64,000 bases of DNA from Acidobacteriota bacterium (GCA_965205505.1 CBDBHB010000009.1:704001-768000), one strand, 5' to 3'. Shown: positions 10,062-20,241, counted from the first letter of the stretch. Notes: generated from the sequence alone by a model not told the origin. A program made the numbers and translations.

Positions 10062-11786
10062 TCAGCGCGGCGGTGTTGCCACCATCGACGACGCGTCGGC
10101 GCCCGCCAGCGGTAGGGGCGCCACGCCGGCGTTGTCGAATCGCGCTCGAGTGAACGGGTCGCTGGCGCTGCGCGAGGAGGCCGCGTAGTAGCCTACGTAC
10201 CCCTCGGCGAAGGTGTCGTCGTTCAGCGTTCCGAGCTCCACGTCGTTCACCGCCACGGTAATCGCGTCGCCGACCGCCCGCACCGACAACCGGTTCGTGT
10301 CGTGGCGACGAATCGCCTCGTGGTCAGTCCATTGCTGCGGCCCGCCGCGCAGCTCACGCCAGGCGCCATTCTCGAGCGCCCAAACGCTCCATTGCCCCAA
10401 ACCATTCACCGCGAAAACGTAATAGTTGCGCTCGTCGACGCGTCGAAACATCAGCCCATAACCGCTCTCTGGCTGGCCGTCGGCGAGAGTAGCGTCGCTG
10501 GAGAACTGCACATCGGTATAGTGGCCGCCCGCATGCGCCGTGGCGGAAACCGCCTGGCTGGTCGTGCGCAGCTCGATCTCGTAGGTACCGTCGACCAGGG
10601 CCCGAGAGACCGGGCCAGTGCTCAGATCCCACTCGTGGTGGTTGTCGTCGAACGAGTCCGTCCAGGGCGGCATGGGGACCATCGAGGGGATCTCGGGTTC
10701 GGCGTCGGCCGCCATCGACGGCACGGCCTCCGACACCCCCGCCTCGGCCGCGTCCCCTGCCGCGCCCCTGGCGCCTCGGCCGGCCAGATCTCCGAGCGCC
10801 CACCATCCGGCAGCCACCGCCAACGCCAACGCCGCCAGGCCGCCGATCAGCTGCCGACTAGGCCCGGCGCCGACGGCAGCGATACGCGCCTCACCCGTCG
10901 CCCCGGCTATCTCCACCCGGGGCATCGAGGGCTTGGTGACCGCGCTGCTCAGCGGCGCGCCAATCGGCGCCCCCTTCAGCGCCGCCACCATCTCGTCCAC
11001 CGACTTGAAGCGATCGTCCGGGCTCTTGGCAAGCGCCCGCTCGATCGTCTCCACGATGTGCGGCGCCAACCCCGGCACCTTGGGTCCCAGCGGCGGCGGC
11101 GACTCCTGCAGGTGCTTGTGAATCACCCCTGCCAGCGTTTCCGACCGAAACGGTAACTCTCCGGCGAGCAGTTGGTAGGCTATGATGCCGAGCGAGTAGA
11201 TGTCGGCCCGGTGGTCGCCGCGCTCGCCCATTGCCTGCTCGGGCGACATGTACGAGGGCGTGCCGGCCGACGTTCCCTCCACAGTCATGCGCGTCTGATC
11301 GAGCACCGTGGCCAGGCCGAAGTCGGTGAGCACGGTGCGCCCGTCGTCGGTGAGCATCACGTTGGAGGGTTTTACGTCGCGGTGCACAATGCCAGCGCGA
11401 TGCGCATGCGCCAGCGCCGCCCCGACGGAGACGATGATCTGCAACGCCTCGTCGACGGTGACGGGCGGCCGCCCGCCTGCACCGAGCGCCCTGGCGCGTT
11501 CTTCCAGGCTCTCTCCCTTCAGAAACTCCATGGCGATGTAGCAGATGCCGTCGTCTACGTCGAAGTCGTAGATCTGCACAATGCCGGGATGACGCAGCGA
11601 GGCGATCGCCTGTGCCTCATGGAGGAAGCGCTTGCGCAGCGCATCGTCTTCGGAAAGGTGCGCGTGCAGCAGCTTGACCGCTACCTCGCGTTCCAAGTGC
11701 ACGTGGCAGGCGCGGAAGACGCGCGCCATGCCACCGCTGCCGAGCTTGGCGTCGATGCGGTACTTACCGAGTGTTTGGCCGATCAT
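10062..11786 (-). CDS. Intact Ser/Thr protein kinase with TM helix and extracellular DUF1080-like domain
   Basis: GSGGMA, VAVK, HRDVKPSN, TDFG, GTPSYMSPE, DIYSLG; TM LIGGLAALALAVAAGWWAL; start ATG 11786 (MIGQTLGKY). Confidence 0.92.
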   Translation of the reverse strand: MIGQTLGKYRIDAKLGSGGMARVFRACHVHLEREVAVKLLHAHLSEDDALRKRFLHEAQAIASLRHPGIVQIYDFDVDDGICYIAMEFLKGESLEERARALGAGGRPPVTVDEALQIIVSVGAALAHAHRAGIVHRDVKPSNVMLTDDGRTVLTDFGLATVLDQTRMTVEGTSAGTPSYMSPEQAMGERGDHRADIYSLGIIAYQLLAGELPFRSETLAGVIHKHLQESPPPLGPKVPGLAPHIVETIERALAKSPDDRFKSVDEMVAALKGAPIGAPLSSAVTKPSMPRVEIAGATGEARIAAVGAGPSRQLIGGLAALALAVAAGWWALGDLAGRGARGAAGDAAEAGVSEAVPSMAADAEPEIPSMVPMPPWTDSFDDNHHEWDLSTGPVSRALVDGTYEIELRTTSQAVSATAHAGGHYTDVQFSSDATLADGQPESGYGLMFRRVDERNYYVFAVNGLGQWSVWALENGAWRELRGGPQQWTDHEAIRRHDTNRLSVRAVGDAITVAVNDVELGTLNDDTFAEGYVGYYAASSRSASDPFTRARFDNAGVAPLPLAGADASSMVATPPR

Positions 11787-12080
11787 GCAGGGGATCCTAG
11801 CAGCCACAGTTTCACTACGGCTGGCGCGGAGGGGAGTCGTGGAGTACCCGCGAAGGGACTCTTGCGCTGTCACTCTTGAGTTTGCTGGCGCCGTGGCGGA
11901 GGTTTCACCGCGGCTCGCGGTTGTAGAATTCCGCTTCCGGGCTCCGCCGCCCGGTCGGCCCCCCACCGGTCACTCCGCCGCCCCGAGGCGCAATGAGCCC
12001 CCAGATCGAACGGACGCTGTCACGATGAGTACTGCGCCCAGGACGCCGCACGGATCAGCGTCGCCGCCGAGCCCCGGCCA

Positions 12081-13237
12081 ATGAGCGCCCGGCGCCCCCC
12101 CCCTACCAAATTCCGTTCAACCGTACGGCGCTGGCGGGCGCCGAGCTCCACAACATTGCCGCCGTCATCGAGGCGGGGCAGATCGTCGGCAACGGCGACT
12201 ACGGTCGGCGATGCGAGCAGCTGCTCGAGCGCCTGCTCGGCGGCGGTTCCCGCGTGATGCTCACCACCTCGTGCACTCACGCGCTGGAGATGAGCGCGCT
12301 GCTGCTCAACGTGCAGCCGGGCGACGAGGTCATCATGCCGTCGTTCACCTTCGTCTCCACCGCCAACGCCTTTGCGTTGCGCGGCGCCGTGCCGCGTTTC
12401 GTTGACATTCGCCCCGACACTCTCAACCTGGACGAGGCGAAGCTCGAGCCACTCGTTGGCCGGCGTACTCGTGCCATCGTTGCCGTGCACTACGGCGGTG
12501 TCGCTTGTGAGATGGACTCCATCGAGCAGATCGCCTTCCGCCACAGCCTCGATGTGATCGAAGACAATGCCCATGGCCTGCTGGGCGCCTTCAACGGCCA
12601 GCAGCTCGGCACCTTCGGGCGCCTGGCCACCCTGAGCTTTCACGCCACCAAGAACTTCACCTGCGGCGAGGGCGGGGCGCTCATCGTGAACGACCCCGAC
12701 CTGGTCGATCGTGCCGAGATTATCCGCGAGAAGGGCACCGACCGGGCGAGTTTCTTCCGCGGCGAGATCGACAAGTACACCTGGGTCGATTTGGGCTCGA
12801 GCTACCCACCATCGGAGATCCTGGCGGCGTTCCTGCTGGCGCAGCTAGAGGCGCACGAGCGCATCCAATCAACCCGCCGCGCCATATGGCAGCGCTACGA
12901 CTCCGCCCTGCGCGACTGGGCCACCGCCAACGACGTGCGCTTGCCCAGCGTGCCCGACAGCTGCGACCACGCCTACCACCTGTACTGGATCGTCATGCCC
13001 GAGCCGGAGCAACGCGCCCGCCTAATCGAGCACCTTGGCGCGCTGGGCATCTTCGCCGTATTCCATTACCTTCCGCTCAACCTCTCGCCCATGGGCCGGC
13101 GCCTGGGCGGCAGGGAAGGGGACTGTCCGGTAGCCGAGTCGGTGGCCGACCGCCTGTTGCGGTTACCCTTCTATAACGACCTGTCGGAGTCCGATCAGCA
13201 GGCCGTAGTCGAGTCGATTCTGGAGTTCGAGCTGTGA
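12081..13237 (+). CDS. wecE: dTDP-4-amino-4,6-dideoxygalactose transaminase; probable start out of frame at a C9 tract (12095-12103)
   Basis: IPFNR, LTTSCTHALEM, PSFTFVSTANAF, SFHATKN (PLP Lys), GEIDKYTWVDLGSSY, FHYLPL. ATG 12081 joins the body only with C10 or C7. Confidence 0.85.
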
Positions 13238-13274
13238 GCCCCAATCATGAGCCAATCAGCGTAGGCGGTACATC

Positions 13275-13991
13275 GTGAAGATCGAGCTGCTGCCCTGGGA
13301 CTCGGAGTTCTTCGGCTTCCGCATCGGCCGCGTGCACTCGCGTCAATTCAAGCCCGACGAGCTGCCCCAGCAGGCACGCGAGCAGGGCTACCGCTGCCTG
13401 TACCTCACCTGCGGCATCTCCGACGGCGGCGCCCTCAAGGAGGCGGCCAGGGCCGGTTTCGCCCCCATCGATGTGCGCGTCACCCTCAAGGCGCGCCTCG
13501 ATCTGTCCATCCCGGAGCCCGAGGAGCACGCCGCGATCGACATCAGCCCGTACCGCCCCGAGGACATGCCCCACCTGATTGCCATCGCGCACGACCTCAG
13601 CGCCTACAGCCGTTTCAACCTCGACACCGGCTTCGAAGACGACGCCGCCCTGCGCCTCTATGCCCGCCGCATCCAGGACTCCTGCGCCGGCCGCGCCGAG
13701 ATCACCCTGGTGGCCCGTCGCGACGGCATTCCGGTGGGGCTTGCCACCTGCACGGCTGCCGGCGCCACCTCGGGAGCACTAGAGATGGTGGGCGTGCGCG
13801 ATAGCGCCGCGGGTACCGGCATCGGCTCTGCCCTGGTGAAGGCGGCGCTCCATCACCACCAGCAGGCCGGCCGGCCGAACGTGGTGGTCACGGTGCAGGG
13901 GCGCAACCCGAGAGCGCTGAACTTCTACCAGCGCAACCGGTTCCAGATTCGCGAGATGGAGCTCGTGTTCCACTGCTGGATCGAGCGCTAG
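13275..13991 (+). CDS. GNAT acetyltransferase, WecD (TDP-fucosamine acetyltransferase)-like
   Basis: LPWDSEFFG, SRFNLD, GTGIGSAL, QGRNPRALNFYQRNRF, FHCW; adjacent to wecE. Confidence 0.8.
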   Translation: MKIELLPWDSEFFGFRIGRVHSRQFKPDELPQQAREQGYRCLYLTCGISDGGALKEAARAGFAPIDVRVTLKARLDLSIPEPEEHAAIDISPYRPEDMPHLIAIAHDLSAYSRFNLDTGFEDDAALRLYARRIQDSCAGRAEITLVARRDGIPVGLATCTAAGATSGALEMVGVRDSAAGTGIGSALVKAALHHHQQAGRPNVVVTVQGRNPRALNFYQRNRFQIREMELVFHCWIER

Positions 13992-14061
13992 CGCAGCACC
14001 GAGACTGGCTCTCTTCCGAACCCGTGCGGAGTGGAGAGCACCCTGAGGGCAACCTTAGCGG

Positions 14062-14866
14062 GGCACTGTCAACTTAAGCGCCCGTGCGCGGTCCCTGAGC
14101 AGTCTTGCGCCGGGCGAGGCAGCTTCCTCAGGGGCTAGTGGCCTCTTGCCAAGCCGTCATGGATCGGGCGCGCAGCAGCCGGTAGTTGGCTGCTCGCAAG
14201 CGGTGCCGTCCAAGTCGGAAGAGGTTGAGGATCACTCCGTGTACGACCAAGAAACGTTGAGCCTGCGCCGCTGACTTGAACCGCCTCATCTGCCGTTCAC
14301 GCTGTCGTGTTGGTTGATGCGACACCTCGGCTCGGTTGTTTGTGTAGCGGGCGGTGACATGCTCCACCGAGGGCATCACGGCACGGTGCGCGGCCCCGTA
14401 GCTTCCGAGCTTGTCAGTGATCAACCATCGAGGTTCGCTCCCCTGCCCCTTCAAGAGCTTCCGGAAAAAGCGCTTTGCAGCGCGGGCATTGCGGCGCCGC
14501 TGGACCAAGATGTCGATCACATCGCCGTCCTGGTCCACGGCTCGCCAAAGATAGTGGCGCCTGCCGCGGATGCTCACGAAAACCTCGTCCAGGAACCACG
14601 CGTCACCCAGACGACCCTGTCGCCGACGTAACTTCCCGGCGTAGTCCGGGCCGAATTTCCCACACCACCGCCGAATCGTCTCGTAGGTGACCTCGACCCC
14701 GCGCTCGGCCAGGAGATCCTCGACGTCTCGGAAGCTCAGGCAGAACCGATGGTAGAGCCAGACGGCGTGGCTGATGATCTCGATTGGGAAACGGTGTCTG
14801 CGATAGCGACTCGCGGCGTTGATCATCGCCAGACTCTGTCAGCATGATCGTTAAGTTGACAATGCC
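14062..14866 (-). mobile_element. IS6-family insertion sequence (805 bp)
   Basis: Terminal IRs GGCACTGTCAACTTAA (14062-14077) and TTAAGTTGACAATGCC (14851-14866), 15/16 match; no flanking direct repeat. Confidence 0.93.
14128..14826 (-). CDS. IS6-family DDE transposase
   Basis: HRFPIEIISHAVWLY, LSFRDVEDLL, LDEVFV, YLWRAVD, TDKLGSY, NNRAEVSH. Confidence 0.95.
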   Translation of the reverse strand: MINAASRYRRHRFPIEIISHAVWLYHRFCLSFRDVEDLLAERGVEVTYETIRRWCGKFGPDYAGKLRRRQGRLGDAWFLDEVFVSIRGRRHYLWRAVDQDGDVIDILVQRRRNARAAKRFFRKLLKGQGSEPRWLITDKLGSYGAAHRAVMPSVEHVTARYTNNRAEVSHQPTRQRERQMRRFKSAAQAQRFLVVHGVILNLFRLGRHRLRAANYRLLRARSMTAWQEATSP

Positions 14867-15669
14867 ACTCGGCGACGTTCAGCAACGACGGCACCAAGAT
14901 CATCTTTACCGACGAGTGGGGCGGAGGATCTCGCCCGCGTTGCCGGGCGATCGACCCGCCGACATGGGGAGCGAACGCGATCTTCGACATCGTCGATCGC
15001 GAGATGCGGTTCAGGGGGTACTACAAGCTGCCGGCGCCGCAGACCGAGCAGGAGAACTGCGTCGCCCACAACGGCTCGCTCATCCCTGTGCCGGGCCGCG
15101 ACATCATGGTCTAGGGCTGGTACCAGGGCGGTATCTCGGTGTTCGACTTCACCGACTCGGCGAACCCCGTCGAGATCGCGTTCTTCGACCGCGGTCCCGT
15201 CGACGCGGAGGATCTCATCTCCGGCGGCTACTGGTCGGCCTACTGGTACAACGGCTACATCTACGGCGCCGAGATCGCCCGTGGGCTCGACGTTTTCCGG
15301 CTTACCTCGAGCGAGCACCTCACGCAGAATGAGATCGACGCCGCCAGCCTGGCTGTGGCCGAGGAGACCAACGTGCAGCACCAGCAGCGGTTCGTATGGC
15401 CGCCGAGCTCGGTGTTGGCGCGTGCCTACCTCGACCAGCTCAACCGAAGCAACGGCATCGAGGCGCAGCGCGTCGGAGCCGTCAACGAGGCCCTCGGCCG
15501 CGCCGACCAGCTTCGCTCAGCCGGCGGCGGCGGAACGGCGGTCGTCGCAGAGCTCGAAGCTCTGGCGATCGAATTGGAGGGCGACGCCGAAGAGGCCATT
15601 TACCACGATGTACGGCACCTGCAATCGCTGGCCGACACGCTGAGAGGCATTGCGACAACGCTGCGTTGA
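14867..15669 (+). pseudogene. 3' half of an LVIVD-repeat protein, cut by IS6, with in-frame TAG at 15112-15114
   Basis: HSATFSNDGTKIIFTDEWGGG...ENCVAHNGSLIPVPGRDIMV*GWYQGG...GGYWSAYWYNG...ARGLDV. Confidence 0.85.
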
Positions 15670-15761
15670 GCTGCAACCTCTTGTAAGCTCGATACCCTTG
15701 GCCAGAGTCGGCACTCGGTTGCCCGTTGCCCAACCATGCAGCGAGCCCATCGAGGATCACC

Positions 15762-16190
15762 ATGAACTTCAAGCGCAACGAAGACGGCTTTTCGCTGATC
15801 GAGTTGCTCATCGTTGTCGCGATCATCGGCATTATCGCGACGATCGCGGTTCCGCAGCTGCTCGACGCCATCGATCGCGCCCGCCAGCGCCGCACGATGG
15901 CCGACATGCGCAACATCGCCACGGCCAATGGCACCTACCGAGTTGACCAGGGTGCGTATGCTTCGGCGCTAAGCGACTTGCAGCCCACGTACATGCAGGT
16001 TGTTCCGATCAACGATGCTTGGGGAGCCGCTTTCCAGTACAGCGCGTCCAGCGGCTCGTACAACCTCGAGTCGTACGGCTCCGACAACGCCGACGGTCCG
16101 GCCGCGCCGACCCCGTGGATCAACGATCCCTACGACATCGACTTGGAGCTGACCAACGGTCAGTTCACGCAGGCCCCAACCGCTCAGTAG
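15762..16190 (+). CDS. Type II secretion/type IV pilin-like protein (GspG-like)
   Basis: MNFKRNEDG|FSLIELLIVVAIIGIIATIAVP, ARQRRTMADMR, DAWG. Confidence 0.9.
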   Translation: MNFKRNEDGFSLIELLIVVAIIGIIATIAVPQLLDAIDRARQRRTMADMRNIATANGTYRVDQGAYASALSDLQPTYMQVVPINDAWGAAFQYSASSGSYNLESYGSDNADGPAAPTPWINDPYDIDLELTNGQFTQAPTAQ

Positions 16191-16290
16191 TCGACCGGCA
16201 TGGACCTAGTCTAGCAGGCCGTGGTGAAAGTGTGGTGGGTCTGGCGAGTGGGACCAAATGGTCACTCATTTGTCGTAAGGAGATACAAAC

Positions 16291-17172
16291 ATGAGGCAAT
16301 TGTTCTTGGTAGTGATGTTGGGTATCGCGGTGACGGCGCTCGGGGTTGATGCCCAGACACCCCAACCCCCTCCAGGCATGGTCCTAATTCCCGCCGGATC
16401 GTTCATGATGGGCGACGCCGACGGCCAGGACATGGAGACACCGGTTCATGAAGTGGAACTGGATGCGTTCTATATGGATACCCATGAGGTCACTTTAGAA
16501 GAGTTTGGAGACTTCGTGGATGCGACAAGCTATGTCACCGATGCCGAGAAAAACGACGGTTCGATTATTTGGAACGGAGAGAGCTGGGAGAAAACAGAAG
16601 GTATTAACTGGAGGTTCGACGCGGCGGGCAATGTGCACAAGGCAGAAGAAAAGAATCAACCGGTGACGCACCTGAGCTGGAATGACGCCAATGCCTACGC
16701 TCAGTGGGCCGGAAAACGCTTGCCCACCGAGGCCGAATGGGAATATGCCGCCCGAGGCGGGGAACAAGGCTACAAGTTCGCCTGGGGCAACGAGCCCTTG
16801 GGAGAGGACGTTGTTGCCAATGTCTCTGATGAAAATTTCGTAAAGGTCGTAACTACCTGGCCTTATACCGAAGGGTATGACGACGGATACACTTTCGGCG
16901 CTCCGGTGGGTTCGTTCGTGCCCAACTCGTTCGGACTGTACGATATGTCTGGCAATGCGTGGGAATGGTGTGCCGACTACTTTGATGCTGAATACTACAG
17001 CCGGAGCTCGAAGAAGAATCCTAGAAACGATGATTCTAATGAACGTAGGGTGATGCGCGGCAACTCCTGGGACGGAAGGCCAGGAATGATGCGCGCCTCG
17101 AGGCGCACCAGCGACCTCCAGTCGAACAGTTATGCAGACACAGGCTTCCGATGTGCGAAGGATATCGAGTAG
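16291..17172 (+). CDS. Secreted FGE-sulfatase (SUMF1-like) domain protein
   Basis: Signal peptide; RLPTEAEWEYAARGG, PNSFGLYDMSGNAWEW, TGFRC; AAGGAG RBS. Confidence 0.9.
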   Translation: MRQLFLVVMLGIAVTALGVDAQTPQPPPGMVLIPAGSFMMGDADGQDMETPVHEVELDAFYMDTHEVTLEEFGDFVDATSYVTDAEKNDGSIIWNGESWEKTEGINWRFDAAGNVHKAEEKNQPVTHLSWNDANAYAQWAGKRLPTEAEWEYAARGGEQGYKFAWGNEPLGEDVVANVSDENFVKVVTTWPYTEGYDDGYTFGAPVGSFVPNSFGLYDMSGNAWEWCADYFDAEYYSRSSKKNPRNDDSNERRVMRGNSWDGRPGMMRASRRTSDLQSNSYADTGFRCAKDIE

Positions 17173-17245
17173 GGCATAGCGCTAGCTGAGATCGGAGTGT
17201 GCCCGGTGGGTGGGTTCGCAGCGCCTCGCACAGCGGGATCAAGGT

Positions 17246-18688
17246 TCATGAAGAACCGAGGTCCCGAATCGACCACAGGTGGTGCTGTGTGCGGAGCAGC
17301 AGCCGATCGCCGACCATTGCCGGGGTGGATTGCGAGAAATCGTCGAGTGGATTGATGCCGAGTAGCTCGTACTCGTCGCCGGTGCCGATAACGTACGTGT
17401 CGCCCTCTTCGCTCAGGCAGAAGATCTTTCCATTGTAGGCCCAGGGCGACGAGGTGAAGTTTCTGGCGCCCGGGGCGATCCGCGAGCGGTAGACGACCTC
17501 GCCCGTGCCGGCGTCGTACTTGACGATGATTCCGTTGTGCTGCAGCACGTACAGCTTGCCCTCGTACAACACCGGCGTGCTCAGGTAGGTGCCGCCCCGC
17601 CAGTCGTACCAGGCCACATGCACGCTACTCGTTGCTCCCTCCGGCATGGTGATGTCGCCAGCGGCGCCGACCCGCACGGCGGCGATGGGGCGAGATTCGC
17701 TGCTCGGGGGGCCGGAAACCAGGTAGAGCATGCCATCGTGGGCGAACGGGGTCGGAATCGGCATGGTGGCCATCTTCCCCATCCGCCACAGCTCGTCGCC
17801 TTGCAGGTCGTAGCTGATCGCGGCTGTCGGCCCGATCGTGACCAGCTCAGTGCGCAGTTCGTTTTCCCAGACCAAGGGCGACGACCAACCGGACTGGTGG
17901 TTATCGCCGAGCCCGACACGCGGTGTGCGCCAGATTTCCCGGCCGTCGTGCTTGTCGAAGGCGGCGACGAAGCTCGCCTCGTTGTTGTCGTTGAGGATGT
18001 AGATTTTGTCGCCGTATAGCGCCGGCGAGGCGCCGCCACCGAGCTCGAGGAAAACCGGGTACGCCATCAGCGGCGTAGCCCATAGCTGGTTGCCATCGAA
18101 GTCGTAAGCGTACAGTCCTTGATGCGCGAAGTAGGCGTAAACGGCGTTGCCATCGGTTACCGGGGTCTCGGAGGCGAAGCTATTCTTGAGATGGCGACCG
18201 ACGGCCGGGTTGCCCTCGTAGATTGTGCGCTCCCACCGCAGGTCGCCGCTCTCGAGATCAAGGCAATACAGCATCAGCCTGATCGAGATCTGGTCGCGAA
18301 ACTCCGTGTCACGCGCGTCGGCGATCTGCTCGGCCTCTGACAATGACAGCCCCTGGTCGCGCAACTCGGCGATGTAACTATTGCCGAAATCCACCCCCAG
18401 CCGCGGCTGCTTCATCGGCTGCTCGCTGGTGGCCGCCGTGAGGAACACGCGATCCCCCCACACGATCGGCGAAGACCAGCCCGTGCCCGGGATCTCGGCG
18501 CTCCACTCCACGTTCTCGGTTCTCGACCACGAATCCGGCAGACCGGGGTTGTCGGCCACCGGAATGCCGGCCGGCCCGCGGAAGTGGGGCCAGTTTTGAT
18601 CGTCGCCCCGGTGGCTCCCGCCGCAGGCGATCACCATCAGGGGAAGGGTCATCGCCCACAATACGGAGGAACTTCTGTTGCAGGACAC
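17246..18688 (-). CDS. PQQ-like beta-propeller (BamB-like) lipoprotein; start uncertain (18688 GTG or 18652 ATG)
   Basis: NWPHFRGP, GWSSPIVWGD, FASETPVTDG, FTSSPW motifs; VIAC lipobox-like. Confidence 0.85.
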   Translation of the reverse strand: MSCNRSSSVLWAMTLPLMVIACGGSHRGDDQNWPHFRGPAGIPVADNPGLPDSWSRTENVEWSAEIPGTGWSSPIVWGDRVFLTAATSEQPMKQPRLGVDFGNSYIAELRDQGLSLSEAEQIADARDTEFRDQISIRLMLYCLDLESGDLRWERTIYEGNPAVGRHLKNSFASETPVTDGNAVYAYFAHQGLYAYDFDGNQLWATPLMAYPVFLELGGGASPALYGDKIYILNDNNEASFVAAFDKHDGREIWRTPRVGLGDNHQSGWSSPLVWENELRTELVTIGPTAAISYDLQGDELWRMGKMATMPIPTPFAHDGMLYLVSGPPSSESRPIAAVRVGAAGDITMPEGATSSVHVAWYDWRGGTYLSTPVLYEGKLYVLQHNGIIVKYDAGTGEVVYRSRIAPGARNFTSSPWAYNGKIFCLSEEGDTYVIGTGDEYELLGINPLDDFSQSTPAMVGDRLLLRTQHHLWSIRDLGSS

Positions 18689-18690
18689 TA
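18669..18690 (-). repeat. 22-nt junction motif B (IS630-like end relic), copy 1
   Basis: TAGTGTCCTGCAACAGAAGTTC, 20/22 identical to 35298-35319; starts at the TAG stop of 18688..20151. Confidence 0.7.
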
Positions 18691-20151
18691 CTGAATGAGC
18701 AAAAGCTCTTGTTGCGGCGGAGACAAATACTCGACTCCACTCGCGGTCGCGACCGCCTGCTCATGGTCCCAAAACAACAAGTATTGATCCTCGCCTTGGT
18801 CAGCAGGCGACGGCATATAGAAAAAGTACTCTAGAACGAAGTGGTGATTGGGTGAGAGCGGTACGTCGAAAGTCCAATCCGGGCCATAGGAACCCATCCT
18901 GGGGCCTAGGTAGATATCGAACTTCCGCTCACGCGCTCCCTTTCCCTTCCCGTGGAGGTCGAGCGTAAGCTGAGTTTTGTCGGGGTCGAAGCCCGCCGAA
19001 TAAACGGGGAAATCGTTCTTGGGCTGAACCATATGCAGTTGCGAATCTCTGACAATAATGCCTGCGTCTTCAAACTTGCGCTCGTAGCTTTTCATTATTT
19101 CCCGGGGGGTAAGGCCGGCCCTGATGGTTTCCGTCAGGATCTTGTCGATCGTCAGATATTCTGCCCATAGCTTCTTGATGTCGGCAGGCGGTTCGGTCTC
19201 TCCTTCACGGAGCACATAGGCGTACAATCCCTGGCTCGGTGCTGCAAGGATGTCGCCTCCCTGGACCACACTGTTTTCCCAGCCTTCGCTCCTTCCCCTT
19301 TGCGATAGTCCGGTGCGCATTCGGCGAAAGACAGTTACCCCCGCCTCGCTACTCTTGGTCACGCCCGGCACGATTTCAGCAAAAGTCTTCTTTACGCGTT
19401 CGAGCTCGTCCGCACGCAGTTTTTTGAGTAGCTCGACTTCGCTCGGCACCGGACTGACGCCGTAGTCCATGATCAGATACTCAGACGAAACCAGCCTGTC
19501 GGCATATGCCTCACCGAGCTCTTCAGTCAGCAGCAGGTAATCAATGTGCGAAATACCGTCGTCTGTTCTGGTGGAGGTTGCCCACGTGCCCAGATTGTCC
19601 CGATAATTTACGGCGATGCGCCCGGGGTCACGTGCTTCGACGAATTCTCTGAGGCCCTTGAATCGGTAGTCATATTCCGTCATCGGGCTCGACACCGGTT
19701 CGCCCACAAAAACCGGGTCGCCGATTATGTCGTAGACTCCGAGCTCTTCAATCGGATCTGCGTAGTCGGAGCGGATCCTCTCGCGCTGTGAAGCTCCCCA
19801 GCGACGCCCGACAATCGCCCGCTCGATCCTTCCATCGCCACGGTCGGTGAAAATGAAAACACCGGACGTGCTGCCCAAATCTTCCGCGCCGAAGGGATCG
19901 TGGTTCGCCTCTCTCATCACATGGATCCACATGTCGATGTTACGGGCCCGCATGATCTGCGGCAGCGTGAGATCAAACTTGTCCCGACGAATCTGGTTGT
20001 TCTCTTCGACGTACTGTGCGGGTCTGGCGCGCTCTTCCTGAGCTGCCGCCGCGGTGTGAGGCTGGGCGACAAGGCCGACCAAGAGGAAGAGCGACGAAAG
20101 AGCCGAATAAGTCGTCCGGAAAGCCGACGAAGTGTTCCGTGTGTGTTTCAT
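18688..20151 (-). CDS. Secreted M24 (Xaa-Pro peptidase)-like protein
   Basis: Signal peptide; LPQIMRARNIDMWI, IAVNY, DGISH, YAYVLREGE, HGKG, DHEQ. Confidence 0.65.
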   Translation of the reverse strand: MKHTRNTSSAFRTTYSALSSLFLLVGLVAQPHTAAAAQEERARPAQYVEENNQIRRDKFDLTLPQIMRARNIDMWIHVMREANHDPFGAEDLGSTSGVFIFTDRGDGRIERAIVGRRWGASQRERIRSDYADPIEELGVYDIIGDPVFVGEPVSSPMTEYDYRFKGLREFVEARDPGRIAVNYRDNLGTWATSTRTDDGISHIDYLLLTEELGEAYADRLVSSEYLIMDYGVSPVPSEVELLKKLRADELERVKKTFAEIVPGVTKSSEAGVTVFRRMRTGLSQRGRSEGWENSVVQGGDILAAPSQGLYAYVLREGETEPPADIKKLWAEYLTIDKILTETIRAGLTPREIMKSYERKFEDAGIIVRDSQLHMVQPKNDFPVYSAGFDPDKTQLTLDLHGKGKGARERKFDIYLGPRMGSYGPDWTFDVPLSPNHHFVLEYFFYMPSPADQGEDQYLLFWDHEQAVATASGVEYLSPPQQELLLIQ

Positions 20152-20241
20152 ATTTGCCTCCTAGCCGGAAAATGCGCGCCAATCATGCTACTATCCGTTC
20201 AAGGTCATGTTTGACAGGGTGGAACCGTCGGCGGCGAGACG

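Noticed and set aside
14856-14884. Hybrid promoter from the IS6 outward TTGACA
   Set aside because: No plausible -10 box at 16-18 nt spacing.
15709-15722. Sigma54 promoter before the pilin (CGGCAC...TTGC)
   Set aside because: GG-to-GC spacing is 9 nt, not the required 10.
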